DNA of 61,376 nucleotides, filler included. It is 2 parts of 2 records of this genome, joined end to end, with 100 filler letters (N's around TTAATTAATTAA, not from the genome) between each part and the next. Parts side by side here need not be neighbours in the genome. Positions count along the whole stretch, not along the records: positions 1 to 29,804 come from DRR723986_4247; 1 more part is not named here. The stretch is one strand, 5' to 3'. Under the pieces are notes generated by a model. The model had not been told where the DNA came from and did no database searches. It saw only the letters and a list, made by a program, of their open reading frames with translations. Below are positions 1 through 11,835 of this stretch, one piece after another; the stretch's first letter is position 1, and each line of letters starts with the position of its first letter. A program made the translations under genes and the position numbers.

Positions 1-88
1 AGCGCGGGACGCCAATGAACTGCGCCCGCCTGCAAAGGTATGGGCGCAGTTTTATGTTCGGCGGTCCATTTATCCGGCCCGGAACTTT

Positions 89-1060
89 CTACCGCAGCGC
101 GCCGCAACGGCTTTCATATTCAGCGATCGCGTCAGGCATCCATTTGCGGAAGTTCTCGGCCCGGGTCTCGCTGGCAGGATGCGTGCTCATCCATTCCGGC
201 GGACGCTGACCGCCGCCAATCTCGCCCATGCGCTGCCACAGCTCTGGCGCCTCGCGGGGATCGTAACAAGCCCGCACCAGCAGATCGAGGCCGATCTTGT
301 CTGCCTCGGTTTCATGCTCGCGGGAGAATTTCAGCATCCCGCCCTGTACCGCAATGCCAAAGGCCTGCATGACGGCGCGCTGTTGCGCAGGGTCCATGTC
401 TCCCATGGAAACGCCAACTGCCATCTGCCCCATCTGCATGACCTGCTGCTGGCTCATACGTTCCGCGCCATGGTGCGCCAGCGCGTGACCGATCTCATGG
501 CCCATCACGACGGCCAGCTTGTCCGGATCCGCCAGGTCATCCATGCTCACGCGGCCATCATAATTGCCGGTGATGTCGAGGATACCTGTATAGACCGCCA
601 CATAACCGCCCGGCAGGCAGAACGCGTTGGGCGTGGCGGACTGAACGACATAGTAGGTCCAGTCGAACTTGTCCGCGACCGGCTTGAAGGCGTAGCCTTG
701 GTCCAGCAATTCCTGCTCCAGCTCCATAGCAGCCGCCTGCAGGCGCGCGCCGATCTCGCGCACCGTCGCCGTCAGTGCCGCTTCCTCTCCGGAACAGGCC
801 TCATTTGCACACAAGACAGCATTTCCCTGGCTCTGTTCATGATTGAGGATCTGCAGGTAGGATTGCTGGCCGAGCTTCACTTCCTGCTCAATCGAAACCG
901 TGTTGAGCTGTGACCGGCCCGAGAACGGAACGGGCTTCTGGTTCATCTGCCAATAGAGGAACAGGCCAAAAGCGGCGATCAGGAGGAGGCCAAAACGGCT
1001 GCGCAGCAATCGCGCAATGCCCCCTCCGCCGCGATACATCCCGCCAGGTTGGGTCGGCAT
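89..1060 (-). CDS. M48 family zinc metallopeptidase (Oma1/YfgC/HtpX-like), membrane anchored
   Basis: PNAFCLPGG, HEIGH (HExxH), FSREHETEAD and STHP motifs; N-terminal hydrophobic helix. Start set at the ATG of MPTQ, after a GGAGG RBS. Confidence 0.9.
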   Translation of the reverse strand: MPTQPGGMYRGGGGIARLLRSRFGLLLIAAFGLFLYWQMNQKPVPFSGRSQLNTVSIEQEVKLGQQSYLQILNHEQSQGNAVLCANEACSGEEAALTATVREIGARLQAAAMELEQELLDQGYAFKPVADKFDWTYYVVQSATPNAFCLPGGYVAVYTGILDITGNYDGRVSMDDLADPDKLAVVMGHEIGHALAHHGAERMSQQQVMQMGQMAVGVSMGDMDPAQQRAVMQAFGIAVQGGMLKFSREHETEADKIGLDLLVRACYDPREAPELWQRMGEIGGGQRPPEWMSTHPASETRAENFRKWMPDAIAEYESRCGALR

Positions 1061-1182
1061 GCGCACGAAAGCCTCCTTGTCCGCCGTCTTCAACGCCCGA
1101 TGAGTGTTAGCGGAGAGCCCCCGGCAGGAAAAGCGCCCACGGCACGCTTTGCGTTCCCAGCTGGACCGACTATGTAGCAAAC

Positions 1183-1920
1183 ATGACTGAGACACCCGCC
1201 AACCAGCCGAAGCTCGAGATCCGGATCATTCCGGTCACGCCCCTCCAGCAGAACACGTCCATGATCTGGTCGACCGAGACCATGGAAGGCGTGTTCATCG
1301 ATCCGGGCGGCGAAGTGGACAAACTCATGGGCGCTGCCGAACAGTTCGGCGTGAAAATCGTGGCCGTCTGGCTGACGCATGGCCACATGGACCATGCCGG
1401 CGCGGCCGCAGCGGTCGCAGAACGGACCGGATGCCCGGTGATCGGCCCTCATGAGGACGACCAATGGCTGCTCGACGAGATCGAGACCCAGGGCGCGAAA
1501 TACGGCATCAAGGACGGCAAGAACGTGACGCCAGACCGCTACCTACATGATGGCGACGTGCTGGACCTGGCGGGAAACAAATTCGGCGTCGTGCACACAC
1601 CCGGTCATACGCCCGGCCACGTGGTGATTTACTCGCAGGAAGGTGCGCTGGCATTTGTGGGCGACGTCCTGTTCCGCGGCTCGGTCGGCCGGACGGACTT
1701 CCCGCGCGGGAACCAGCAACAGCTGATCGATTCCATCACCGGAAAGCTCTGGCCGCTGGGGCCCCAGATGCGGTTCGTGCCCGGGCACGGCCCCCTCTCC
1801 ACCTTCGGACAGGAACGGCAGGACAATCCTTTTGTGGCCGACGAAGTGACGGGATATCAGGGCGCCGAGAAGCAGGCGCCGGATGAGACAAGCCAGAAGC
1901 TGTCCAAGCGCTGGAGCTGA
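1183..1920 (+). CDS. MBL-fold metallo-hydrolase (glyoxalase II/YcbL-like)
   Basis: THGHMDH, HTPGHTPGH, GDVLF..SVGRTDFP and PGHG motifs. Confidence 0.9.
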   Translation: MTETPANQPKLEIRIIPVTPLQQNTSMIWSTETMEGVFIDPGGEVDKLMGAAEQFGVKIVAVWLTHGHMDHAGAAAAVAERTGCPVIGPHEDDQWLLDEIETQGAKYGIKDGKNVTPDRYLHDGDVLDLAGNKFGVVHTPGHTPGHVVIYSQEGALAFVGDVLFRGSVGRTDFPRGNQQQLIDSITGKLWPLGPQMRFVPGHGPLSTFGQERQDNPFVADEVTGYQGAEKQAPDETSQKLSKRWS

Positions 1921-2020
1921 TCCGGAAGGTTCAGCCCCCTGAGTTCTTTGTAATGTTGCGCGGGGAACCGGCGCGGGTGCGGGCCGTTGTTGCGGTCATA
2001 GCCACCCGAAAGGACCCCAA

Positions 2021-2359
2021 ATGACCTTCCCTGTGAAACTGATGGCCATTGGCGCAAGTGCAGCCATTCTGGCTGCCTGCACCTCGAGCGGCACGACTGA
2101 ACGTAACGCAGCCTATGGCGCCGCAGCGGGCGCTGTCGCTGGAGCCGTGATCGGCAACAATGTTGGCGATGGCGACGCAGAACGCGGCGCAATTATTGGC
2201 GGTGCCATAGGTGGCGCTGCTGGCGCCGCCAAAGGCTGTACCGAAGCCGAAGACTGCGACATGCCTGGCGTGAAAGATCAGGAAACCGAACGCGATTCAG
2301 ATGGTGACGGCGTCGCGAATGCCTATGACCGCTACCCGTATGACCGGTCGCGCTGGTAA
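2021..2359 (+). CDS. Glycine-zipper lipoprotein with a C-terminal TSP3-like DxDxDG repeat
   Basis: Lipobox LAAC; GAAAGAVAGAVIG...GAIIGGAIGGAAG zipper; DSDGDGVANAYDRYP; AGGA RBS. Confidence 0.8.
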   Translation: MTFPVKLMAIGASAAILAACTSSGTTERNAAYGAAAGAVAGAVIGNNVGDGDAERGAIIGGAIGGAAGAAKGCTEAEDCDMPGVKDQETERDSDGDGVANAYDRYPYDRSRW

Positions 2360-2383
2360 CAGGCCCGGCAATTCACAAAGCCG

Positions 2384-2419
2384 CGGCCCCGTTTCTTAAG
2401 AAGCGGGGCCGTTTTGTTT
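2384..2419 (+). terminator. Intrinsic terminator of the lipoprotein gene
   Basis: CGGCCCCG...CGGGGCCG stem followed by TTTTGTTT. Confidence 0.75.
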
Positions 2420-2526
2420 GCCCACCCCTTCAGACAATCGGGGGCAAAATGAAACATCGCGGAACCAAATCTACCTTGGGGCGTTTACCGCGGGTTACAT
2501 CAATTACGGATTACTTTTTCAAGCGC

Positions 2527-3009
2527 ATGATGGCCCCTCCTCACGTCCCCTCCTTTCCCTTTACTGTGTCAGATCCTGAACCAACCTCTCCTGAAACCGA
2601 GGTAAAGGCACGTGTCTTTGCCTGGTGTTCTGCCTGGAGCAGTATTGAGGGCAAGTTCCAGCGAAACAGGTTGGATGAAATCGCATCGGGCGGCACAATC
2701 CGGATGACGACCGATTTCGGTGAAGTGACATGCTTCAGCGTTTCACTGGACGCTTATGCGGCCTTCTGGGCCCCCTTCCTGACTGAAACATTTTCAGAGT
2801 GGTTTCTCATTGTCGACTCGCCGCTCCAGGTCACCGTCGGCGACAGATATGCAACGGCTTGTTTCGATGCGCAGCTTCAGGGCATCATGCATGACGGAGA
2901 CCGGAAATCGCATCGCCAGACCATGCAGCAGACCTATACGAAATCCGGCGGGGCCTGGCGCCTGGCTCAGGAACAGACAAAGATTGCGCCGGGCAGTTCA
3001 TACCTCTGA
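2527..3009 (+). CDS. SnoaL/NTF2-like fold protein; start uncertain
   Basis: C-terminal YTKSGGAWRLAQE and VTVGDRYA pattern typical of NTF2-like domains. Confidence 0.55.
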   Translation: MMAPPHVPSFPFTVSDPEPTSPETEVKARVFAWCSAWSSIEGKFQRNRLDEIASGGTIRMTTDFGEVTCFSVSLDAYAAFWAPFLTETFSEWFLIVDSPLQVTVGDRYATACFDAQLQGIMHDGDRKSHRQTMQQTYTKSGGAWRLAQEQTKIAPGSSYL

Positions 3010-3134
3010 CCGCCTGAAGGCGGAATTCTCCGGCAACGAACTGCAGCGCGCGCAGACTTTCTGACCGACTTCACCTTGCTCAAGCCTCCGACTCTGCTAT
3101 GACGCAGCCGTTTGACCGCTAGGAGTTGGGGCAC

Positions 3135-6100
3135 ATGCCAAAGCGCACAGATATAAGCTCCATTCTCGTTATCGGCGCCGGTCCCATTATCATCGGACAG
3201 GCCTGCGAATTCGACTATTCCGGCGTACAGGCAGTGAAAGCCCTGAAGGATGAAGGCTACCGCGTCATCCTCGTGAACTCGAACCCGGCGACGATCATGA
3301 CCGATCCGGAGCTGGCCGACGCGACTTATATCGAGCCGATCACACCGGAAATCGTCGAGAAGATCATCGAGGTGGAGAAGCCGGACGCCCTGCTGCCCAC
3401 GATGGGCGGACAGACGGCGCTGAACTGCGCGCTGGACCTGCACTATGCCGGGATCCTCGAGAAGCATGGCGTGGAGCTCATCGGCGCCCGCGCTGAAGCC
3501 ATCGAGATGGCTGAGGACCGCGCCCTGTTCCGTGAGGCCATGGACCGGATTGGCCTGGAAAACCCGCGCGCGACCATCGTGTCGTCGCCGCGCGACGAAA
3601 AAGGCAAGTATGACCGTATCACCGGCCTCAAACGCGCCATGGACGCGCTGGAGACGGTTGGTCTGCCGGCCATCATCCGGCCAGCCTTCACGCTCGGCGG
3701 CACAGGCGGCGGCGTGGCGTACAATGTCGAGGAATATGAAGAGATCTGCCGCTCGGGGCTCGCTGCCTCTCCCAATGCCCAGATCCTCGTCGATGAAAGC
3801 CTGCTCGGCTGGAAAGAGTATGAAATGGAGGTCGTCCGCGACAAAGCGGACAATGCCATCATCATCTGCGCCATCGAAAACATCGACCCGATGGGCGTCC
3901 ATACCGGAGACTCCATCACCGTCGCCCCTGCCCTGACGCTCACCGACAAGGAATACCAGGTGATGCGGAACGCCTCGATCGCAGTGCTGCGCGAGATCGG
4001 CGTGGAGACTGGCGGGTCCAACGTCCAGTTTGCCGTGAACCCGGAAGACGGCCGCCTGGTTGTCATCGAAATGAACCCGCGTGTGTCGCGTTCCTCTGCC
4101 CTTGCCTCCAAGGCAACCGGCTTCCCGATCGCCAAGATCGCGGCCAAGCTTGCTGTCGGCTACACACTGGACGAGCTGGAGAACGACATCACCGGCGGCG
4201 CAACCCCGGCATCGTTCGAACCGACCATCGATTACGTGGTCACCAAGATCCCGCGTTTTGCCTTCGAAAAATTTCCGGGCTCCGAAGCAACCCTGACCAC
4301 TGCCATGAAGTCAGTCGGCGAAGTGATGGCCATTGGCCGGACCTTCAACGAAAGCCTGCAGAAGGCGTTGCGTGGTCTGGAAACGGGCCTGAACGGCTTT
4401 GATGAAACCGAAATCCCGGGCCTTGATCAGGGCGACGACCGCAACGCCCTGCGCGCTGCCGTCTCGACACCGACACCGACCCGGCTTCTCAACGTCGCCC
4501 AGGCTATGCGCCTTGGCATGACGGTCGAGGAAATCTACGAGGCCAGCGGCATCAATCCCTGGTTCCTGGAGCAGATCGAAGCCATCCTGGAAATGGAAGC
4601 GAAGGTCCGCAAGCTCGGCCTGCCGAAAGATGCAGCGAACTTGCGCAAACTGAAGGCCATGGGCTTTTCCGACGCGCGCCTGGCAAGCCTTGCCGATCTC
4701 GATGCATCGGACGTTGCCAAGCTCCGCAAGCAGCTGGACGTGCACCCGGTCTACAAGCGCATCGACACCTGCGCTGCCGAGTTCGCATCCCCGACTGCCT
4801 ATATGTATTCCACCTACGAGGCTCCCTTCATGGGGCAGCCCGCGTGCGAGGCGAATCCGTCCGACCGGAAGAAGGTGGTCATTCTGGGTGGCGGTCCGAA
4901 CCGCATCGGCCAGGGTATCGAGTTCGACTATTGCTGCTGTCATGCCGCCTTCGCGCTGGAAGACGCGGGCTACGAGACCATCATGGTCAACTGCAACCCG
5001 GAAACCGTCTCCACCGATTACGACACGTCCGACCGCCTCTACTTCGAGCCGCTGACCGCTGAAGACGTGCTGGAGATCATGCGCAAGGAGCAGGAGAACG
5101 GCACGCTGCACGGCGTCATCGTCCAGTTCGGCGGCCAGACCCCGCTCAAGCTGGCGCAGGCCCTGGTCAAGGCGGACGTGCCGATCCTCGGCACTTCACC
5201 GGACATGATCGATCTTGCCGAAGACCGTGACCGGTTCCAGAAGCTTCTGATCAAGCTCGACATGAAGCAGCCGGAAAACGGCATCGCCTATTCCGTCGAA
5301 CAGGGTCGCCTCATCGCCGGTCAGCTCGGCCTGCCTCTGGTGGTCCGCCCGTCCTATGTCCTGGGTGGCCGTGCCATGCAGATCATTCGCGACGAGGAAG
5401 CTCTCAACTCCTATCTGCTCGGCACCCTGCCGGAGCTGGTCCCGGCGGAAGTGCGGGCCAAGTACCCGAACGACAAGACCGGCCAGATCAACACCGTGCT
5501 GGGCACCAACCCGCTTCTGTTCGACCGCTATCTCGACGGCGCGATCGAGGTGGATGTCGATGCCCTTTGCGACGGCAAGGACGTATTCGTCTGCGGCATC
5601 ATGGAGCACATCGAGGAAGCCGGCATCCATTCCGGCGACAGCGCCTGCTCCCTGCCGCCGTTCTCGCTCGGCGAAGAGATGCTTGAAGAACTCAAGCGCC
5701 AGACCACGGCATTGGCTCTGGCACTGGAAGTCGGCGGCCTGATGAACGTGCAATACGCCATCAAGAACGGCGAGATATTCGTTCTGGAAGTCAACCCGCG
5801 CGCATCGCGCACCGTGCCCTTCGTCGCCAAGACGATCGGCGCGCCGGTCGCCAAGATCGCCAGCCGCATCATGGCCGGAGAAAGCCTGGCTTCCTTCGGC
5901 CTCAGCGAGAAGAAACTCGACCATATCGCGGTCAAGGAAGCTGTCTTCCCGTTCGCCCGCTTCCCCGGCGTCGACACGATCCTCGGACCGGAAATGCGCT
6001 CGACTGGCGAAGTCATGGGCCTCGACACTGCCTTCGGCAAGGCCTTTGCCAAGTCCCAGATCGGCTGCGGCACAGGAGTTCCGGACAAGGGCACCGTTTT

Positions 6101-6482
6101 CGTTTCCATGCGCGACGAAGACAAGGCCGGCGTGCTTGACGCCGTCCGCAGCCTGGAAGCCGGCGGTTTCACGATCATCGCCACCGGCGGCACCCAGAAG
6201 TTCCTTGAGGACAAGGGGATTGCGGTGAAGAAGATCAACAAGGTTCTTGAAGGCCGCCCTCATATCGTTGATGCTATCAAGAACGGTGAGGTCCAGCTCG
6301 TCTTCAATACGACCGAAGGCGCACAGGCCATCTCCGACAGCCGGTCGATGCGCCGGGCGGCTCTTCTGAACAAGGTACCGTATTACACGACCCTTGCAGG
6401 ATCAGTGGCTGCTGCGAAAGGCATTGCCGCCCATAAAGCTGGGAGCCTTGAAGTAAGACCTTTACAATCCTACTTCGGCTAA
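3135..6482 (+). CDS. carB: Carbamoyl-phosphate synthase large subunit
   Basis: [24 protein letters not shown] start, two ATP-grasp halves ([19 protein letters not shown]) and an MGS domain; AGGAG RBS. Confidence 0.98.
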   Translation: MPKRTDISSILVIGAGPIIIGQACEFDYSGVQAVKALKDEGYRVILVNSNPATIMTDPELADATYIEPITPEIVEKIIEVEKPDALLPTMGGQTALNCALDLHYAGILEKHGVELIGARAEAIEMAEDRALFREAMDRIGLENPRATIVSSPRDEKGKYDRITGLKRAMDALETVGLPAIIRPAFTLGGTGGGVAYNVEEYEEICRSGLAASPNAQILVDESLLGWKEYEMEVVRDKADNAIIICAIENIDPMGVHTGDSITVAPALTLTDKEYQVMRNASIAVLREIGVETGGSNVQFAVNPEDGRLVVIEMNPRVSRSSALASKATGFPIAKIAAKLAVGYTLDELENDITGGATPASFEPTIDYVVTKIPRFAFEKFPGSEATLTTAMKSVGEVMAIGRTFNESLQKALRGLETGLNGFDETEIPGLDQGDDRNALRAAVSTPTPTRLLNVAQAMRLGMTVEEIYEASGINPWFLEQIEAILEMEAKVRKLGLPKDAANLRKLKAMGFSDARLASLADLDASDVAKLRKQLDVHPVYKRIDTCAAEFASPTAYMYSTYEAPFMGQPACEANPSDRKKVVILGGGPNRIGQGIEFDYCCCHAAFALEDAGYETIMVNCNPETVSTDYDTSDRLYFEPLTAEDVLEIMRKEQENGTLHGVIVQFGGQTPLKLAQALVKADVPILGTSPDMIDLAEDRDRFQKLLIKLDMKQPENGIAYSVEQGRLIAGQLGLPLVVRPSYVLGGRAMQIIRDEEALNSYLLGTLPELVPAEVRAKYPNDKTGQINTVLGTNPLLFDRYLDGAIEVDVDALCDGKDVFVCGIMEHIEEAGIHSGDSACSLPPFSLGEEMLEELKRQTTALALALEVGGLMNVQYAIKNGEIFVLEVNPRASRTVPFVAKTIGAPVAKIASRIMAGESLASFGLSEKKLDHIAVKEAVFPFARFPGVDTILGPEMRSTGEVMGLDTAFGKAFAKSQIGCGTGVPDKGTVFVSMRDEDKAGVLDAVRSLEAGGFTIIATGGTQKFLEDKGIAVKKINKVLEGRPHIVDAIKNGEVQLVFNTTEGAQAISDSRSMRRAALLNKVPYYTTLAGSVAAAKGIAAHKAGSLEVRPLQSYFG

Positions 6483-6596
6483 GGCTATTATACTCGTGAC
6501 CGGCCGGGAAAGCGCGCCTTTCCCGGCTTGGTTTGTTTTTGTCAAAGCGCGGTCCTCGAGATTAGGGGGACCCAATAAGCTGAAGGTCTGAGACCA

Positions 6597-7070
6597 ATGG
6601 AAAAAGTTCCGATGACCTCCGCCGGGTACAAGATGCTCCAGGACGAGCTGAAGGAACGTACCGCGGTAGAGCGCCCGCGCATCGTCGAGGCGATTGCTGA
6701 AGCACGCGCGCATGGCGACCTGTCGGAAAATGCGGAATACCATGCGGCTAAAGAAGCCCAGAGCCTGAACGAAGGCCGTATTTCGGAACTGGAAGACAAG
6801 CTGTCCCGCGCTGAAATCATTGATGTGACCAAGCTGTCCGGCGACATCGTCAAATTCGGCGCGACCGTCACCCTCATCGACGAGGACACCGAAGAAGAAA
6901 AGAAATACATGATCGTTGGCGACGTCGAATCCGACGTGAAGCAGAACAAGGTCTCTATTTCTTCTCCGATCGCCCGCGCCCTGATTGGCAAGTCCATCGG
7001 CGACAGCGTCGAAGTTGCTGCCCCTGGCGGTGCCCGGTCTTACGAGATCGTGGACGTACGCTTCGTCTGA
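6597..7070 (+). CDS. greA: Transcription elongation factor GreA
   Basis: [15 protein letters not shown] and [10 protein letters not shown]; conserved carB-greA order. Confidence 0.98.
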   Translation: MEKVPMTSAGYKMLQDELKERTAVERPRIVEAIAEARAHGDLSENAEYHAAKEAQSLNEGRISELEDKLSRAEIIDVTKLSGDIVKFGATVTLIDEDTEEEKKYMIVGDVESDVKQNKVSISSPIARALIGKSIGDSVEVAAPGGARSYEIVDVRFV

Positions 7071-7329
7071 TCCCAGCCTTTCAGTGTTGAGCCTTCCCGG
7101 TCTGGCCTCTCTTTGCAGGGACCGTCCCCGGTCTTAGCAGGCCTGAAAATTGCCCCTGGCCGTTTCAATGTCCGGGTTCCCTTTGAACCCGGACCTGCCT
7201 GGCACCGCTCCCCGGCAACGTACGCGCGTTCTGCGACTGTCCTTAAGTCGCAGCAAAAGCAGAGCTTTCCCTTTGACGTCCACGACACAGCCGTTAAGCT
7301 GACAACCGGAAAGTGTCGGAGGGTTTGCA

Positions 7330-7791
7330 ATGGTCTTTAACGCGATTGCTGTATGGTTGTTGATCGCGTCGGTGCCGTTATGGATATACCGCTGGTTTCT
7401 GTTTTCCAGGCTCACGGCACGCGAACGCCTGATGTTCAAGCGCCTCGTCGCGCAACGCCACGAAAGCTCCTTCGTGTTCGCCGTGCGGATGGCCGGCTAC
7501 CTGATCGCTCTGGCTGTTGCCGTCTTCTTCGTCGTCTTCGGTCTGCAATATCTGAAGTATGGCAACTTTGGCATAACGACCTACAGCGACACGATACGCA
7601 GCAGGTTCTATTCCGGCATTGAGCCTGTCGACCAGGCGCTCGACAGCTACCACTATGACCAGATGCTGCCCGTTGCGGCACTGACGACCATCCTGCTGGT
7701 GACCGTCGCCTTTACACTGGTCACCGCGGCTCTCAGGGACATCTCCCTGATCCGGCGTCTCCAGAAAAAAGTGAAAAAACTGGCTTCGTGA
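7330..7791 (+). CDS. Hypothetical membrane protein (about 3 TM)
   Basis: Three hydrophobic segments and host-like codon use; no family recognised. Confidence 0.7.
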   Translation: MVFNAIAVWLLIASVPLWIYRWFLFSRLTARERLMFKRLVAQRHESSFVFAVRMAGYLIALAVAVFFVVFGLQYLKYGNFGITTYSDTIRSRFYSGIEPVDQALDSYHYDQMLPVAALTTILLVTVAFTLVTAALRDISLIRRLQKKVKKLAS

Positions 7792-7832
7792 GTTTGTTGG
7801 CGCCCTTGCCTGCCGGATCGGCAGGCAGCGTC

Positions 7833-8183
7833 TCACGCGTGCTGCAAGATATTCACCAGGCGGCCAAAAGGGTCGCGCACGTAAAAGCGCCTGACGCCCC
7901 AGGGCTCATCTGCCGGGCCGTATTCGATGCCGAGGCCTTTTGCCTGCACTTTTTCCAGCACTTCTTCAAGGTTATCGACTTCGACCGAAAAATCGGGCAC
8001 GGGCGTTCCCGCGCCGCCTTCCGCCGCAATGCTGACCTGGGCCATCGCCCCCCGTTCACCCGCAAAGGTGACGATCCAGCCGTGATCCATCGCCAGGTCC
8101 ATGCCCAGCACGTCGCCGTAGAAGCTTTGCGCCTTGCCGGTATCCGGCGATGCGATGTTGGCAACGACACGTTTCACAGCCAT
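7833..8183 (-). CDS. VOC/glyoxalase family protein
   Basis: FYGDVLG, EPWGVRRFYVRDPFGRLVNIL. Confidence 0.9.
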   Translation of the reverse strand: MAVKRVVANIASPDTGKAQSFYGDVLGMDLAMDHGWIVTFAGERGAMAQVSIAAEGGAGTPVPDFSVEVDNLEEVLEKVQAKGLGIEYGPADEPWGVRRFYVRDPFGRLVNILQHA

Positions 8184-8217
8184 GGCGTCTTGTTCCTTCT
8201 TGCAGCCGGTTCGGACT

Positions 8218-8685
8218 TCAATCGATTGGAACGACAGGCTCATCCTTTGTTCGGCGGATTGTCAACGCCGTACGAACGCTGTCGACGTTGGGCGCAGCGG
8301 TCAATTCGCGAATGATGAAATTCTGGAAGGTCTGCAGATCCGGCGAAACGCATTTCAGCAGGAAGTCGACCTCACCCGAAAGCATGTAGCTTTCGCGCAC
8401 CAGCGGCCAGTTCTGAACCGTCTGTTCGAAGGCAATCAGATCCGCCTCGGTCTGGCTGTGCAGCCCGACCATTGCAAAGGCTGTCACGTCGTAACCGAGC
8501 TGTTTTTCATCAAGCAGGGTCCGGTAGCCCAGAATGAGCCCGGCTTCCTCCAGCGCGCGCACCCGGCGCAGGCAGGGAGGAGCGGATATGCCGACCCGAC
8601 GGGCCAATTCCACATTGGTCATCCGTCCGTCATCCTGCAATTCCTTCAGGATCTGCCAATCAATGGCATCGAGCCGCGCTTTCAA
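8218..8685 (-). CDS. Lrp/AsnC family transcriptional regulator
   Basis: LDAIDWQILKELQDDGRMTNVELARRVGISAPPCLRRVRALE; TTG start after an AAGGAG RBS. Confidence 0.93.
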   Translation of the reverse strand: MKARLDAIDWQILKELQDDGRMTNVELARRVGISAPPCLRRVRALEEAGLILGYRTLLDEKQLGYDVTAFAMVGLHSQTEADLIAFEQTVQNWPLVRESYMLSGEVDFLLKCVSPDLQTFQNFIIRELTAAPNVDSVRTALTIRRTKDEPVVPID

Positions 8686-8886
8686 ACCTGTCTCCTTCGC
8701 GCTTCGCATGACGCGCCATGCTGTGGGCATTCGGGTCTTTCGCAAGACTGTCGCCTTGCCCGATACCGGAATCCCAAGCTAACCTCTATTTGTGTGCCGA
8801 GTTATGATTTTTTGCGCGTTTGTGCAAGACTATAACAAAATTGCGCACGATTTCGAAAGATTACGATAGGGGAACTTCTCCAAAAC

Positions 8887-9918
8887 ATGCCTTTTTCGCC
8901 GGAGAAAGCCCCTTCTTCCCTCTGGATCCTCACCGATGGAAAGGCGGGCGATGTTGCCCAGTGCCGCGGTGTTGCCGAAGCCCTCGGCGCACCTGTTGAC
9001 GAACGCCACATAGCGCCGCGCGCACCCTTTACCTGGTTGATGCCCTTCGGTCCGATCGATCTGCGCGAGCGGGAGACCCGCCCCGGCAGTCCGATTGCCC
9101 CGCCCTACCCTGATATCGCCATCGCGTCCGGCCGCCGGGCGGTCCCGTATCTGCGCCGGGTCAAGCGCCTTTCCGGAGGCAAGACCTTTACCGTGTTCCT
9201 GAAAGACCCGCGCATGGGACCAGATGCAGCGGATCTCATCTGGGTACCCGAGCATGACAAGCTGCGCGGACGAAACGTCCTTGTAACACCGACGTCCCCA
9301 CACAAGTTCTCAGCCGCAACACTGGCCGAACTCCGCAGCCGGCAGGTTGCCGAGATAGATGGTCTTCCACGGCCCCGTGTTGCGGTTCTTGTCGGCGGGG
9401 ACAGCCGGCACCACAGGTTTTCCGAAGACGACCAGAACCGCTTTTTGAGTGGCCTGCGAGAGCTCGCACATGCGGCACATGTGCATTTCATGATCACAGC
9501 CTCCCGCCGCACGCCGGCCGGATTGGCCTATGGTCTTGCAGGATTGGCCAAATCGGGAAATCACCTCTACTGGACAGGCGAGGAGCCCAACCCTTACGGC
9601 CTCTATCTCGCCAAGGCAGATGCGATCATCGCCACTGCCGATTCCACGAACATGATCGGTGAGGCCACAGCCACCGGCAAGCCGGTCCATGTATTCGAGC
9701 CCAGCGGCGGTCACGACAAGATCACCCGGTTTTTGGGGACTTTGCGACGCATGGGTGTCATTCACCCCTTTCCAGGTCCGCTGAAAACCACTACCTACGA
9801 GCCGATAGATGCCACGCCGGTGATCGCTCAACGCATCTTGAGCGATTTTTCGGCCGCACGGCAAACCCGGAACAACGCCCCGATGGGCCAACCTGGCAAC
9901 GCAAACGCCGGGACATGA
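8887..9918 (+). CDS. ELM1 family (DUF1022) protein, predicted GT-B-like fold
   Basis: WILTDGKAG, DLIWVPEHD, VLVGGDS, TADSTNMIGEATATGKPV. Confidence 0.85.
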   Translation: MPFSPEKAPSSLWILTDGKAGDVAQCRGVAEALGAPVDERHIAPRAPFTWLMPFGPIDLRERETRPGSPIAPPYPDIAIASGRRAVPYLRRVKRLSGGKTFTVFLKDPRMGPDAADLIWVPEHDKLRGRNVLVTPTSPHKFSAATLAELRSRQVAEIDGLPRPRVAVLVGGDSRHHRFSEDDQNRFLSGLRELAHAAHVHFMITASRRTPAGLAYGLAGLAKSGNHLYWTGEEPNPYGLYLAKADAIIATADSTNMIGEATATGKPVHVFEPSGGHDKITRFLGTLRRMGVIHPFPGPLKTTTYEPIDATPVIAQRILSDFSAARQTRNNAPMGQPGNANAGT

Positions 9919-10908
<990 letters not shown>

Positions 10909-10938
10909 GCTGCCTGACTGTCCTGCGGAGGGGCACGC

Positions 10939-11835
10939 ATGGATTGGGACAAATTGCGCATTTTTCATGCGGCCGCACAGGCTGGCAGTTTCACGCATGC
11001 AGGTGACACCCTGCATATGAGCCAGTCGGCTGTCAGCCGGCAGGTCAGTGCGCTAGAGCACGATCTGGGCGTTCCGCTGTTTCACCGGCACGCCCGCGGC
11101 CTGTTGCTGACCGAACAGGGCGAACTGCTCTACCGGACTGCCAACGACGTGCTGATGAAGCTGGAAGCGGTTCAGTCGAGCCTGACGGACAGCAAGGAAA
11201 AGCCATCCGGAGCCCTGCGCGTGACAACCACGGTCGGCCTTGGCTCCACCTGGCTCACCTCACGGATCAGAAGCTTCATCGATCTCTATCCTGATGTCGA
11301 CCTGCACCTGATCTTCGACGACGACGAACTGGACCTCGGCATGCGCGAAGCGGATGTGGCCATCCGCTTGCGTCAGCCAACCCAGCCGGACCTGATCCAG
11401 CGCAAGCTGTTTACAGTGCATTTCCATGTCTATGCGGCACCGGAATACCTCCAACGGTTCGGAACGCCTGTGTCGATCGACGACCTCGACAAGCACCGGC
11501 TGATCACCTTTGGCGAACAGGCTCCGGCCTACCTCCGCTCGATGAACTGGCTGGAAACAGCTGGGCGCGTCGCGACAAGCCCGCGCAGGTCCGTCCTGAA
11601 GGCCAACAACATCGTGGCCATCAAGCGTGCTGTTCAATCCGGCGTGGGCATTGCCATTCTGCCGGACTACATCATCGACAAGTCGTCGAACCTGGCGCCT
11701 GTCATGACCGACCAGGACGACAAGGTGCCCTCCTTCGACACCTATTTTGTCTACCCGTCGGAACTGAAGAACACTGCGCGTGTTACCGCGTTCCGCGAGT
11801 TCCTGCTCGCAAATGCAGAAGGCTGGGTTTTCTAA
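10939..11835 (+). CDS. lsrB: LysR-type regulator LsrB/VtlR
   Basis: MDWDKLRIFHAAAQAGSFTHA N-terminus; trxB-lsrB-abcR synteny as known in rhizobia and Brucella. Confidence 0.88.
   Translation: MDWDKLRIFHAAAQAGSFTHAGDTLHMSQSAVSRQVSALEHDLGVPLFHRHARGLLLTEQGELLYRTANDVLMKLEAVQSSLTDSKEKPSGALRVTTTVGLGSTWLTSRIRSFIDLYPDVDLHLIFDDDELDLGMREADVAIRLRQPTQPDLIQRKLFTVHFHVYAAPEYLQRFGTPVSIDDLDKHRLITFGEQAPAYLRSMNWLETAGRVATSPRRSVLKANNIVAIKRAVQSGVGIAILPDYIIDKSSNLAPVMTDQDDKVPSFDTYFVYPSELKNTARVTAFREFLLANAEGWVF

Noticed and set aside
7788-8835. Plus-strand ORFs of 175 aa and 233 aa
   Set aside because: Antisense shadows of the VOC and Lrp genes; no motifs.
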